DNA of 11,410 nucleotides from a virus (lineage: Duplodnaviria > Heunggongvirae > Uroviricota > Caudoviricetes), in the IMG/VR virus record IMGVR_UViG_2585427732_000018; one strand, given 5' to 3'. The translations under genes and the position numbers were made by a program. Positions 1 to 7,364 of this stretch are shown piece after piece. How positions within the stretch are numbered: position 1 is the stretch's first letter; the number at the start of each line of letters is the position of its first letter. Under the pieces are notes generated by a model, which worked only from the letters and a program-made list of their open reading frames with translations, ran no database searches and was not told the DNA's origin.

Positions 1-1242
1 ATGGCGAGAAAAACACACCCATTAACCACAGTGCAGATCAAAGCAGCCAGACCAGCGCAAAAGGAGTACACCCTGCAGGACGGCGGAGGGCTTTTTCTCC
101 TGGTCAAACCGTCTGGATCAAAACTCTGGAGATTTTCCTACTACCGACCATCGGACAAAAAAAGAATATTGCTGAGTTTTGGATCGCTTGAAGATGTTTC
201 CCTGGCTGATGCCAGAAAACGCCGTAGCGAGTACAGGACGTTAATCAGTGCCGGAACTGACCCGCAGGACCACGAGAGGCAAAAAAGAGAGACAGAGGCC
301 CGAAGACAAGGGAACACGTTCGAAAATGTGGCGGCGGCATGGTACCAGGTGAAAATCAGCCAGAATCTGGCCCCCAACACGATTAAAGACATCTGGCGTT
401 CGCTGGATAAATATGTATTCCCGTTCATCGGCAACACGCCAATAGATACCCTCACCGCCCGAAGGTTCGTTGAAGTGCTTACACCCATCAAGGAGCGCGG
501 CAACCTGGAAACACTCAAGCGGGTTTTACAGCGCGTTAATGAGGTAATGGATTACGCCGCCAACAGTGGGCTGATTGATGCCAATCCGGCTATGAATGTG
601 CGTAAGGCGTTTCCCTCACCTGTAAAAAAACATATGCCAACAATCCGCCCCGAACAGCTGCCGGAGCTTATGCAGGCTTTATCAGTATCGGCAACAGAAC
701 GGCAGACCAGATTACTGATTGAATGGCAGTTACTGACCGTAACCCGTCCCGCCGAAGCGTCATCAACGCGGTGGGATGAAATCAACCTGGACGCGAAGCA
801 ATGGACGATACCTGCCGGACGCATGAAGATGCGCAGGGATCACGTTATCCCGCTTTCCGGTCAGGCTATGGCGGTGCTGGAGGCCATGAAACCAATCAGC
901 CACCACCGCAATTACGTTTTCCCAAGTCTGAAAGACCCACAGCAGCCGATGAACAGCCAGACAGCTAACGCAGCATTGCGGCGTATGGGATTCGCTGGCG
1001 TGCTGGTGTCTCATGGATTACGCGCCATATTCAGCACAGCAGCGAACGAGGAAGGATTCGAGCCGGACGTAATAGAGGCGGCACTTGCCCACGTCGACAC
1101 CAACGAAGTTAGACGGGCATACAACCGGAGCAACTACATAGAAAAACGCATCGTGCTGATGCGCTGGTGGGGCGAATTTGTCGAGGCTGCGGCGACGGGC
1201 GTAACCCTCGCCAGTGGTAAAAGGGGTATCCGAGCCGTGTAG
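1..1242 (+). CDS. int: Tyrosine site-specific integrase, P4-like family
   Basis: 413 aa ORF. N-terminus (KEYTLQDGGGLFLLVKPSGSKLWRFSYY...VSLADARKRR) is typical of P4-type integrases; C-terminal catalytic motifs HGLRAIF and YNRSNY (putative catalytic Tyr) are present. Confidence 0.93.
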   Translation: MARKTHPLTTVQIKAARPAQKEYTLQDGGGLFLLVKPSGSKLWRFSYYRPSDKKRILLSFGSLEDVSLADARKRRSEYRTLISAGTDPQDHERQKRETEARRQGNTFENVAAAWYQVKISQNLAPNTIKDIWRSLDKYVFPFIGNTPIDTLTARRFVEVLTPIKERGNLETLKRVLQRVNEVMDYAANSGLIDANPAMNVRKAFPSPVKKHMPTIRPEQLPELMQALSVSATERQTRLLIEWQLLTVTRPAEASSTRWDEINLDAKQWTIPAGRMKMRRDHVIPLSGQAMAVLEAMKPISHHRNYVFPSLKDPQQPMNSQTANAALRRMGFAGVLVSHGLRAIFSTAANEEGFEPDVIEAALAHVDTNEVRRAYNRSNYIEKRIVLMRWWGEFVEAAATGVTLASGKRGIRAV

Positions 1243-1319
1243 CTGTACAGAAAACCAGTAAAAACTACGAAAACCATGTAAAACCGTCGTATAATTGCAT
1301 CAAATTTAACGACAAGGCC

Positions 1320-1571
1320 GTGAAACATGAAACCGTTAAGATGCAAAAAAATATCAGATGCAATTGCGACGGGCTGCAACTGGCCCTGATGGTTCAGCAT
1401 GAATTTTGGTCAACCTACGATCCGGAGGACAGAACGACGGCCCCATCAAAAAAACAGGTAGTAGATTTTCTGGTATCCCGTGGCGCTTCCAGAAATCTGG
1501 CGGTAAGTATTGATAAGGTCGTACGTCCGGCATCTATGAAGATCGGAGGCAGGCCCAAAAAATGGCGGTAA
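1320..1571 (+). CDS. Hypothetical small protein (83 aa from GTG at 1320; alternative ATG at 1341)
   Basis: ORF followed at once by an intrinsic terminator; weak AAGG upstream of the GTG; possible -10 TATAAT at 1290-1295. No recognisable family. Confidence 0.4.
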   Translation: MKHETVKMQKNIRCNCDGLQLALMVQHEFWSTYDPEDRTTAPSKKQVVDFLVSRGASRNLAVSIDKVVRPASMKIGGRPKKWR

Positions 1572-1582
1572 CAATCCTGGAA

Positions 1583-1607
1583 GCGGCAGAAATGCCGCTT
1601 TTTTTAT
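1583..1607 (+). terminator. Rho-independent terminator
   Basis: GCGGCA-GAAA-TGCCGC hairpin followed by TTTTTTTAT, directly after the stop codon at 1569-1571. Confidence 0.7.
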
Positions 1608-1630
1608 AATTCCATTTCAAATCATCAATA

Positions 1631-1661
1631 TAAAAACGGTGTATACCGTTTAAAAACGGTG
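1631..1661. promoter_or_regulatory. Direct repeats TAAAAACGGTG x2 and palindrome ACGGT-GTAT-ACCGT upstream of alpA
   Basis: Repeats at 1631-1641 and 1651-1661 (20 bp phase); palindrome at 1636-1649. Lies in the noncoding leader before alpA. Confidence 0.4.
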
Positions 1662-1737
1662 GGAACTGTTTTTACCCATATCCGATGATTTACCGTATTT
1701 GTCACCGGAATACACCGGATTCACAAGGTAAATCACG

Positions 1738-1944
1738 ATGGAAGCAATCAGAAAAATTATCTTTCGCCAGGAAGTAAAAAAAATTATCCACATCAAGGCA
1801 GACAGCACGCTGCAAAGCATGATCAACGCCGGAGAATTTCCGCAGGGTTTTCGCGTTGGTTTACGCCGTCGCGGATGGTATGAGGATGATGTGTTGGCCT
1901 GGCAGAAAGAACGCGAACAGGAAGCACGCGGAACGGCTGCTTAA
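1738..1944 (+). CDS. alpA: AlpA-family transcriptional regulator / excision activator
   Basis: 68 aa; motif INAGEFPQGFRVGLRRRGWYEDDVLAWQ matches the AlpA-type HTH pattern (AGEFP...W...E...AW); SD AAGGTAA 8 nt upstream. Confidence 0.85.
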   Translation: MEAIRKIIFRQEVKKIIHIKADSTLQSMINAGEFPQGFRVGLRRRGWYEDDVLAWQKEREQEARGTAA

Positions 1945-2092
1945 CGGGTATCACAGATATGACAAACACGAAAAAAGCGGCCCCGATATGGAGCCGCCTT
2001 TCTGAACAATTAACCCGCTGCGCCTTATGTGTATATGATCCCAAACATAAGCACGGGGATGATAGCCGCTATCAGGCTGGTGGGCAATGCAA

Positions 2093-2281
2093 TCAGTCTG
2101 GTTCAGTTCGTTGCCATACCTGCAATGAGCGCTTTTCCCTGTATTCTTTAAGGAATTGCTCAAGGGCAAAAGCACATGGCGCGAATCTTTCTGATTCATG
2201 CTCTATCTTTCTGCGCCGTCTTTTCCGTGCCGGTGATAATGTTTTGGTCAATTCTTTATCGGTCATTGTGTTGTCCTGCAT
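2093..2281 (-). CDS. Hypothetical small basic protein (62 aa)
   Basis: ATG-initiated ORF directly downstream (minus strand) of the RHH regulator gene; contains ARKRRRRK basic patch. No family recognised. Confidence 0.3.
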   Translation of the reverse strand: MQDNTMTDKELTKTLSPARKRRRRKIEHESERFAPCAFALEQFLKEYREKRSLQVWQRTEPD

Positions 2282-2323
2282 AGCAATGCGCCGTAATACC
2301 TTACACCACGGCGCTGATGGTGA

Positions 2324-2629
2324 TTACTCTGGTTCTTTGGTCTTGCGGCGCTGGAGTTCTTCACGTGCGACAGTGACGAGCTGCCCGATCTCCTCGGCGG
2401 CTTTGATTCCGAGTTTTTCCACCTGCGCCAGTGCATCGAGCGAAGAAATCAGGGGGTTTTCTCCGCTTCCTTCTGCCTGGCGGCGGGCGATTTCACCGCG
2501 CATGGCGGTTACTATGAATCCGGCGTTGCTTTCACCGTCCAGTTTTACGGATTCCATGCCTTCAATAACATCATGCGGGATCCGAGCTGTTAGTGATTGT
2601 GATTTTGCGTTTTTTGAACCTGTAGCCAT
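2324..2629 (-). CDS. Ribbon-helix-helix-like DNA-binding protein, candidate island regulator/repressor
   Basis: Start placed at the ATG of MATGSKN because a GAGAGGA SD lies 7 nt upstream (the ORF track extends to a TTG at 2644). N-terminal LTARIPHDVIEGMESV followed by two helices fits an RHH fold. Divergent from the rightward operon. Confidence 0.55.
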   Translation of the reverse strand: MATGSKNAKSQSLTARIPHDVIEGMESVKLDGESNAGFIVTAMRGEIARRQAEGSGENPLISSLDALAQVEKLGIKAAEEIGQLVTVAREELQRRKTKEPE

Positions 2630-2651
2630 CTGTAATCCTCTCAATGAAAGT

Positions 2652-2681
2652 GTAAGACAATATACACATAAAAAGTCTTAC
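2652..2681. promoter_or_regulatory. Palindromic operator candidate GTAAGAC-N16-GTCTTAC between divergent genes
   Basis: Perfect 7 bp inverted repeat (2652-2658 / 2675-2681) located between the RHH gene start and the rightward promoter. Confidence 0.4.
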
Positions 2682-2690
2682 ATAAAAGCA

Positions 2691-2719
2691 TTGACATGTA
2701 AGCCACCTATAAATAAAGT
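2691..2719 (+). promoter_or_regulatory. Putative sigma70 promoter of the rightward (Icd-primase) operon
   Basis: -35 TTGACA (2691-2696), 17 bp spacer, -10 TAAAGT (2714-2719); followed by a structured leader (CCTTG...CAAGG and CCCCG...CGGGG hairpins) before the first Icd-like gene. Confidence 0.45.
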
Positions 2720-2825
2720 TACTTACACCTTGTTAATGCAAGGTGCAGAAACGACGAAACCCCGCACTGTAGGAGCAGTAACGGGGCTTCTAACCACCAA
2801 CGATAGCAAGATTATCGAGGCAGCT

Positions 2826-3029
2826 ATGAGAAATTATACCATACACCCGCAAGGGCGGGACTCGTACAACCTGAATAAATACATCTGGCGTTTTATCGCC
2901 CTGAGCACGGCACAACCGCGCGTGATTACCATTGAGGCCACCAGCGAACAGGAAGCACGCCAGCAATCCCCGGCTGGCTGCGTGATGGTATTCGCTGCCC
3001 GTATTCGCCAGGGGTCACATCATGCGTAA
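2826..3029 (+). CDS. Icd-like (host cell division inhibitor-like) small protein, copy 1
   Basis: 67 aa; motif YIWRFIAL...EATSEQEARQQ...VFAARIRQG characteristic of Icd-like proteins of P4-like elements; GAGG SD upstream. Hidden inside the spurious 356 aa ORF 1959-3029. Confidence 0.65.
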   Translation: MRNYTIHPQGRDSYNLNKYIWRFIALSTAQPRVITIEATSEQEARQQSPAGCVMVFAARIRQGSHHA

Positions 3030-3315
3030 AAACCGCTTGCAAAAAATTATCACGGGGCTGTATGCTTCCCCCGTCGCCCACATGGCGACCGGGTTTAGCA
3101 GCCTGAATACATCTGGCGGACAGCCGCCCACATCCGATAAGCGGTTTTTTTGTGTCCGTAAACCTACCCATACCCGCATTATGGCGGGGCGTAACGGGGG
3201 AGCCTTTGTGCTCGCTGGTTTCCAGATGACCAGTCTGCTAACCCTGTTACGTCTCGCCACCATGTTTAGCAGCGTAGTAGCGAGACTCCTTAAAATTCAT
3301 CTGGGAGCCTTTCAC

Positions 3316-3486
3316 ATGGCTGTATTCGCACGCCCTTATTTTGTCTGGCGCTTTATGCAGTGCCTGACAGACAGTATTGCAATATTCACCGTTACCGCTG
3401 CCACTGAGCGCGAAGCACGTGCACAGCTGCCGCACGCACATCTTATTTTTGTCGCCCGTATTCGCCAGGGGGGGAGTCATGCATAA
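3316..3486 (+). CDS. Icd-like small protein, copy 2 (short form; the track ORF 3022-3486 may be an N-terminal over-extension)
   Basis: 56 aa from the ATG at 3316 with GGGAG SD 8 nt upstream; FVWRFMQ...ATEREARAQL...FVARIRQGG parallels copy 1. The upstream 3022-3315 part of the long ORF looks non-coding (hairpins, repeated motifs). Confidence 0.55.
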   Translation: MAVFARPYFVWRFMQCLTDSIAIFTVTAATEREARAQLPHAHLIFVARIRQGGSHA

Positions 3487-3706
3487 AATACCCTTTGATG
3501 TTCTTGTTCATTCTGAAAACGCATTAATCCGCGCAAAGGAAATGGACGCATTACTACTTAAGTTAATTGATGTGCCGGAAAGTGGCGATGAATCTGATTC
3601 AATGATGTTTTCTGCCGTGCGTACGCTATTAACGCCTGTTATTAATGAATTAAATACAGTGATGGCAATTCACGAGAATAATAAAGCGCAGCACACCGGA
3701 GAATAA
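3479..3706 (+). CDS. Hypothetical protein (75 aa)
   Basis: ATG at 3479 preceded by GGGGGGAG SD; overlaps the stop of the preceding gene by 8 nt (coupled). The track ORF 3377-3706 is an upstream over-extension. No family recognised. Confidence 0.5.
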   Translation: MHKIPFDVLVHSENALIRAKEMDALLLKLIDVPESGDESDSMMFSAVRTLLTPVINELNTVMAIHENNKAQHTGE

Positions 3707-3711
3707 AAAAC

Positions 3712-4011
3712 ATGAAAAATAAAAATTCTGGCGTTACTGCCAGCGGCCCCGCTCGTCCTGAATTTATGAACGGCGATATTTACCGCGATAAATATGGCGG
3801 CATGGTAACGATTAAAGGCGTGGCAGAACGGCGCATCACCTACCGTCGTGAAGGCTACGAATATGATTGCGTGATGCCTGTTTATCAGTTTCGGCGTGAT
3901 TTTTCTCTGGTACAGGCAGCGCCCCGCAGTAAACCAACCAGCAGGGAGAAAGCACGCGCCAATATTCAGGAAATAAAAAAGATGCTTAACGTATTCAGGG
4001 GTAAAAAATGA
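3712..4011 (+). CDS. Hypothetical protein (99 aa), possibly DUF4222-like
   Basis: GGAGAA SD upstream; motif GDIYRDKYGGMVTIKGV...YRREGYEYDCVMPV resembles small proteins found beside primases in P4-like islands (family assignment from memory, unverified). Confidence 0.55.
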   Translation: MKNKNSGVTASGPARPEFMNGDIYRDKYGGMVTIKGVAERRITYRREGYEYDCVMPVYQFRRDFSLVQAAPRSKPTSREKARANIQEIKKMLNVFRGKK

Positions 4012-5756
4012 AACTGGCACCGAACGTAAAAAAACAGCCACGCGGAATAAAACACAAAGACACAGAGGTAATTATTTTCGCGGGTAGTGATGCCTGGTCG
4101 CACGCGAAACAATGGCAGGAGCAGGATGGCCCCGCATCCGGCGATAATGTGCCGCCTGTGTGGCTTGGGCCAAATCAGCTTGCCGAACTTGATGCACTGA
4201 AAATTGTTCCGGATGGGAAAAAGCGCGTAAGGCTGTACCAGGCCGGAGAACTGGATTTGGTGGAGACCAAAAAGATTGGTCAGAAGCTGGCGGCGGCAGA
4301 TATTCAGGACGCAAATTTTTACCCCGAAGGAATGCACGTCCAGAAGTGTGAAAACTGGCGGCGCTATCTGAATGCTGAGCGTGAAAATATTGCCGCAGGG
4401 CTTACCATGCCGGAGCAGAAAAATACGCAACTGGCACAAATGGCAGACAGTGAGCGCGCGCAGCTGCTTGCCGAGCGCTTTGATGGCGTTTGTGTGCATC
4501 CTGAAAGTGAAATCGTTCACGTATGGCGCGGCGGGGTATGGTGTCCGGTCAGCACAATGGAGCTGAGCCGCGAAATGGTGGCGATCTATTCAGAGCACAG
4601 GGCCACTTTCAGCAAGCGCGTAATCAATAACGCCGTGGAAGCGTTAAAAGTTATTGCCGAACCAATGGGCGAGCCGTCCGGCTATTTGCTGCCGTTCGCC
4701 AATGGTGCGCTTGACCTGAAAACGGGGGAATTTTCCCCGCACACGCCGGAGAACTGGATCACCACGCACAACGGCATTGAGTACACGCCACCAGCACCCG
4801 GGGAGAACATCCGCGATAACGCGCCAAACTTTCATAAATGGCTTGAGCACGCAGCCGGAAAAGACCCGAGCAAGATGATGCGTATATGTGCCGCGATGTA
4901 CATGATTATGGCGAACCGGTACGACTGGCAGATGTTTATTGAGGCCACCGGAGACGGCGGGAGCGGTAAAAGTACATTCACACATATAGCCAGCCTTCTG
5001 GCAGGGAAACAGAACACGGTAAGCGCTGAAATGACATCGCTTGATGATGCTGGTGGACGTGCGCAGGTTGTCGGGAGTCGTCTTATCGTCCTGGCTGACC
5101 AGCCGAAATATACAGGCGAAGGAACGGGCATCAAGAAAATCACAGGCGGCGACCCCGTGGAAGTTAACCCGAAATATGAAAAGCGTTTCACGGCGGTAAT
5201 CAGGGCGGTGGTGCTGGCGACCAACAACAACCCGATGATATTCACCGAACGGGCCGGAGGTGTGGCACGTCGTCGCGTGATTTTCCGTTTCGACAATATC
5301 GTCAGTGAGGCCGAAAAAGACAGGGAGCTACCGGAAAAGATCGCGGCTGAAATCCCTGTCATTATCCGCCGATTGCTGGCGAACTTTACCGACCCTGAGA
5401 AGGCACGGGCTTTACTACTGGAACAGCGTGACGGTGATGAAGCTCTGGCAATAAAGCAACAGACGGATCCGGTTATTGAGTTTTGCCAGTTCCTGAATTT
5501 TCTGGAGGAAGCACGCGGCCTGATGATGGGCGGCGGTGGCGATTCAGTGAAGTACACGACCAGAAACAGCCTTTACCGCGTCTATCTGGCGTTTATGGCG
5601 TACGCAGGCAGGAGCAAACCGCTAAACGTAAATGACTTTGGCAAGGCTATGAAGCCAGCCGCGAAAGTTTACGGACATGAATATATTACGCGGAAAGTTA
5701 AGGGAGTAACGCAGACTAACGCAATAACAACAGACGAGTGCGACGCGTTTTTATAA
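4008..5756 (+). CDS. Primase / replication initiator, P4-alpha-type (D5-like P-loop NTPase)
   Basis: 582 aa; Walker A GDGGSGKST and a downstream hydrophobic stretch LIVLADQ; start overlaps the upstream stop (ATGA); iteron origin immediately downstream, as is typical of satellite pri-rep genes. Confidence 0.88.
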   Translation: MKLAPNVKKQPRGIKHKDTEVIIFAGSDAWSHAKQWQEQDGPASGDNVPPVWLGPNQLAELDALKIVPDGKKRVRLYQAGELDLVETKKIGQKLAAADIQDANFYPEGMHVQKCENWRRYLNAERENIAAGLTMPEQKNTQLAQMADSERAQLLAERFDGVCVHPESEIVHVWRGGVWCPVSTMELSREMVAIYSEHRATFSKRVINNAVEALKVIAEPMGEPSGYLLPFANGALDLKTGEFSPHTPENWITTHNGIEYTPPAPGENIRDNAPNFHKWLEHAAGKDPSKMMRICAAMYMIMANRYDWQMFIEATGDGGSGKSTFTHIASLLAGKQNTVSAEMTSLDDAGGRAQVVGSRLIVLADQPKYTGEGTGIKKITGGDPVEVNPKYEKRFTAVIRAVVLATNNNPMIFTERAGGVARRRVIFRFDNIVSEAEKDRELPEKIAAEIPVIIRRLLANFTDPEKARALLLEQRDGDEALAIKQQTDPVIEFCQFLNFLEEARGLMMGGGGDSVKYTTRNSLYRVYLAFMAYAGRSKPLNVNDFGKAMKPAAKVYGHEYITRKVKGVTQTNAITTDECDAFL

Positions 5757-5770
5757 TTTTTTGTAATTGC

Positions 5771-5996
5771 TGTCTACCCTGTCTACCTGAGTAAAGAAAA
5801 ATACATTTAATTCAGTGCATTAAGTTAGGTAGATAGCTTTTTTTTACTGTCTACCCACTATCCACCCTCTCTACCTGATTTTACCTGAATCAGACAGGGA
5901 GGTAGACACGGGGTAGATAGTGGATAAAAGCACTCTACCCCGCTGAAAGCCGCGCCATTACTGGCATGAGGGCCACTAAGGTAGATAAGGTAGACA
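5771..5996. repeat. Iteron cluster, putative replication origin
   Basis: About 10 copies of TGTCTACC / GGTAGA(C/T)A in both orientations (e.g. 5771, 5782, 5827, 5848, 5901, 5912, 5979, 5988) in the AT-rich gap after the primase. Confidence 0.65.
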
Positions 5997-6044
5997 AGGG
6001 GAGGCACAACTCAAAACTTTTTAAACGAGGGGGTAAAAATAAAT

Positions 6045-6323
6045 ATGCACACTTCAGGGAAATTTAATAAATCACTCAAAAAACGCAGAGACAGAACAGA
6101 ACCGAAATATCGCGCGTTAGACATGACAGAGCACGCTTTAAAGGTGGCAATCAGAACGATAGACCGCCACGCGGGGGAAGGATACGCGAAAGCACATCCC
6201 GAACTGATAAGCGCATTCATGACCACGACGGCGGCAAACTTTGCCACGCTGACAGAACGGGAGATTGCCGAAGCGGAACAGGTAACAACCATCAACGTTA
6301 AAACCGGAGAGGTGGAATCATGA
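6045..6323 (+). CDS. Hypothetical protein (92 aa)
   Basis: GAGGGGG upstream at about 11 nt; stop overlaps the ssb start (ATGA), suggesting translational coupling. No family recognised. Confidence 0.5.
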   Translation: MHTSGKFNKSLKKRRDRTEPKYRALDMTEHALKVAIRTIDRHAGEGYAKAHPELISAFMTTTAANFATLTEREIAEAEQVTTINVKTGEVES

Positions 6324-6742
6324 CAGCACAGATAGCCGCTTACGGGCGGCTGGTGGACGACCCGCAGGTAAAACAGACCAGCAAGGGCACACCGATGACG
6401 CTGGCGCGTATGGCGGTCCCCCTTCCGTGCAGCCAGGCAGATGACGGAACGGCGACGATGTGGTTATCCGTCCTGGCATTTGGCAGACAGGCCGAAGCAC
6501 TGGAAAGGCACCGCAAGGGTGAACTCCTGAGCGTGGCGGGTAACATGCAGATCAGCCAGTGGACTGGGCAGAACGGAGAAACGCGGCAGGGCTGGCAGGT
6601 TATCGCAGACAGTGTAATCAGTGCGCGAACGGCGCGACTGGGCGGCAAAAAAGGTCAACAGGGCCAGGCTACTGACGCGCTGAACAGGGCAAAACAACAG
6701 GCGGGGAATGATGATCCGTACGGGGATAACATACCGTTTTAA
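6320..6742 (+). CDS. ssb: Single-stranded DNA-binding protein (SSB-like OB fold)
   Basis: 140 aa; GRLVDDPQV...W..V.AFG..AE.....RKG aligns with the E. coli SSB OB fold; Gly/Gln-rich linker; C-terminal DDPYGDNIPF resembles the SSB acidic tip (DDDIPF). Confidence 0.75.
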   Translation: MTAQIAAYGRLVDDPQVKQTSKGTPMTLARMAVPLPCSQADDGTATMWLSVLAFGRQAEALERHRKGELLSVAGNMQISQWTGQNGETRQGWQVIADSVISARTARLGGKKGQQGQATDALNRAKQQAGNDDPYGDNIPF

Positions 6743-6757
6743 GCGACGAGTGACAGA

Positions 6758-6781
6758 AGCCGGAGCAATCCGGCTTTTTTA
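6758..6781 (+). terminator. Rho-independent terminator after ssb
   Basis: AGCCGGA-GCAA-TCCGGCT hairpin plus TTTTTT. Confidence 0.7.
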
Positions 6782-6835
6782 CGGGTCCTCCTGGCGGGGT
6801 GGGCCTGAACACGGGGCGGGAGGCGCGGAAAAAAG
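6782..6835 (+). other. Degenerate cos-like relic (third copy of the terminator-cos module)
   Basis: CGGGTCCTCCTGG...ACGGGGCGGGAGGCGCGG parallels 9223-9275 (CGGGTCCTTCCTGG...ACGGGGCGGCGACCTCGCGG) but the 12-nt cosN core is disrupted. Confidence 0.5.
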
Positions 6836-6954
6836 CGCATTTTTGTGATTTTATCGTCATCATCATCATGAGCGTAATTTATTGTTTTTAATTGTTTTGA
6901 TGCAAAAAAGATGATGGTTGTGGTTAATTTTCGTTCGACATCTTTGCAGGCAGA

Positions 6955-6997
6955 TAAAAAAGCCCGATAAGGTCAGAGGTGGCTTATCGGGCTTTTG
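6955..6997. terminator. Bidirectional intrinsic terminator-like hairpin
   Basis: 10 bp stem GCCCGATAAG/CTTATCGGGC with 11 nt loop, A-tract on the 5' side and TTTT on the 3' side. Confidence 0.5.
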
Positions 6998-7073
6998 CAT
7001 ATGAGACTTTTTGGTGCACTGACACACATGATCGGGATCATCATTTCATAATTTGCAACACAACTCAATATCA

Positions 7074-7101
7074 TTGCACAAAATGCAATCATGATTATAA
7101 T
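7074..7101 (+). promoter_or_regulatory. Near-consensus sigma70 promoter of the capsid operon
   Basis: -35 TTGCAC (7074-7079), 16 bp spacer, -10 TATAAT (7096-7101). Confidence 0.55.
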
Positions 7102-7106
7102 CAGAG

Positions 7107-7122
7107 CTGGATGAACATCCAG
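7107..7122. promoter_or_regulatory. Palindrome CTGGATG-AA-CATCCAG at the predicted transcription start, operator candidate
   Basis: Perfect 7 bp arms immediately downstream of the -10; T-tract at 7129-7134 is 6 nt from the stem, so it is not a canonical terminator. Confidence 0.4.
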
Positions 7123-7157
7123 TTATGATTTTTTAAGTCGAAGAGGAATTTCTTACT

Positions 7158-7364
7158 ATGGCTGAAGAGAAAAAAGGCGGTGTTTCGGTGTACATAAGCC
7201 CCGAAATCGTGGAGGTGCTCAAGCAGCGCCACAAAAAAAACTATGAGGCTGGCGTGGCGGCTGGACTGGATCCGCTGATGACGCCGGAGCCGTCGATAGG
7301 TTCACTTGTACGCTCTTATTTACTTGCGGCGCTTGGGATGCATAAAAATTATGGGGGTGAATAA
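7158..7364 (+). CDS. Small RHH-like protein (68 aa), first gene of the capsid operon
   Basis: GVSVYISPEIVEVLKQ (beta strand plus helix) and SIGSLVRSYLLAALG (helix) suggest a ribbon-helix-helix fold; stop overlaps the capsid gene start by 1 nt. Confidence 0.5.
   Translation: MAEEKKGGVSVYISPEIVEVLKQRHKKNYEAGVAAGLDPLMTPEPSIGSLVRSYLLAALGMHKNYGGE

Noticed and set aside
1959-3029. 356 aa + strand ORF
   Set aside because: Serine-rich, low-complexity translation that runs antisense across the well-supported RHH gene (good SD, fold-like motif). Only its last 67 codons (2826-3029, the Icd-like gene with its own SD) look real.
3022-3315. N-terminal 98 codons of the 154 aa ORF 3022-3486
   Set aside because: No SD at 3022, hairpins and repeated motifs in the DNA, and a good SD plus ATG at 3316 giving a protein that parallels the upstream Icd-like copy. 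Treated as leader or RNA region rather than coding.
3966-4520. 184 aa minus-strand ORF
   Set aside because: Antisense to the primase 5' region; hydrophobic or low-complexity shadow frame.
4832-5557. 241 aa minus-strand ORF
   Set aside because: Lies entirely antisense within the primase gene; Ser/Pro/Arg-rich low-complexity translation typical of a shadow frame.
6855-6872. CATCATCATCAT run (His-codon-like repeat)
   Set aside because: Intergenic, not in any supported frame; a simple short tandem repeat with no further evidence of function.
7107-7137. Hairpin plus T-tract as an intrinsic terminator
   Set aside because: The T-tract is separated from the stem by 6 nt and the palindrome has only a 2 nt centre; kept as an operator or pause candidate instead.
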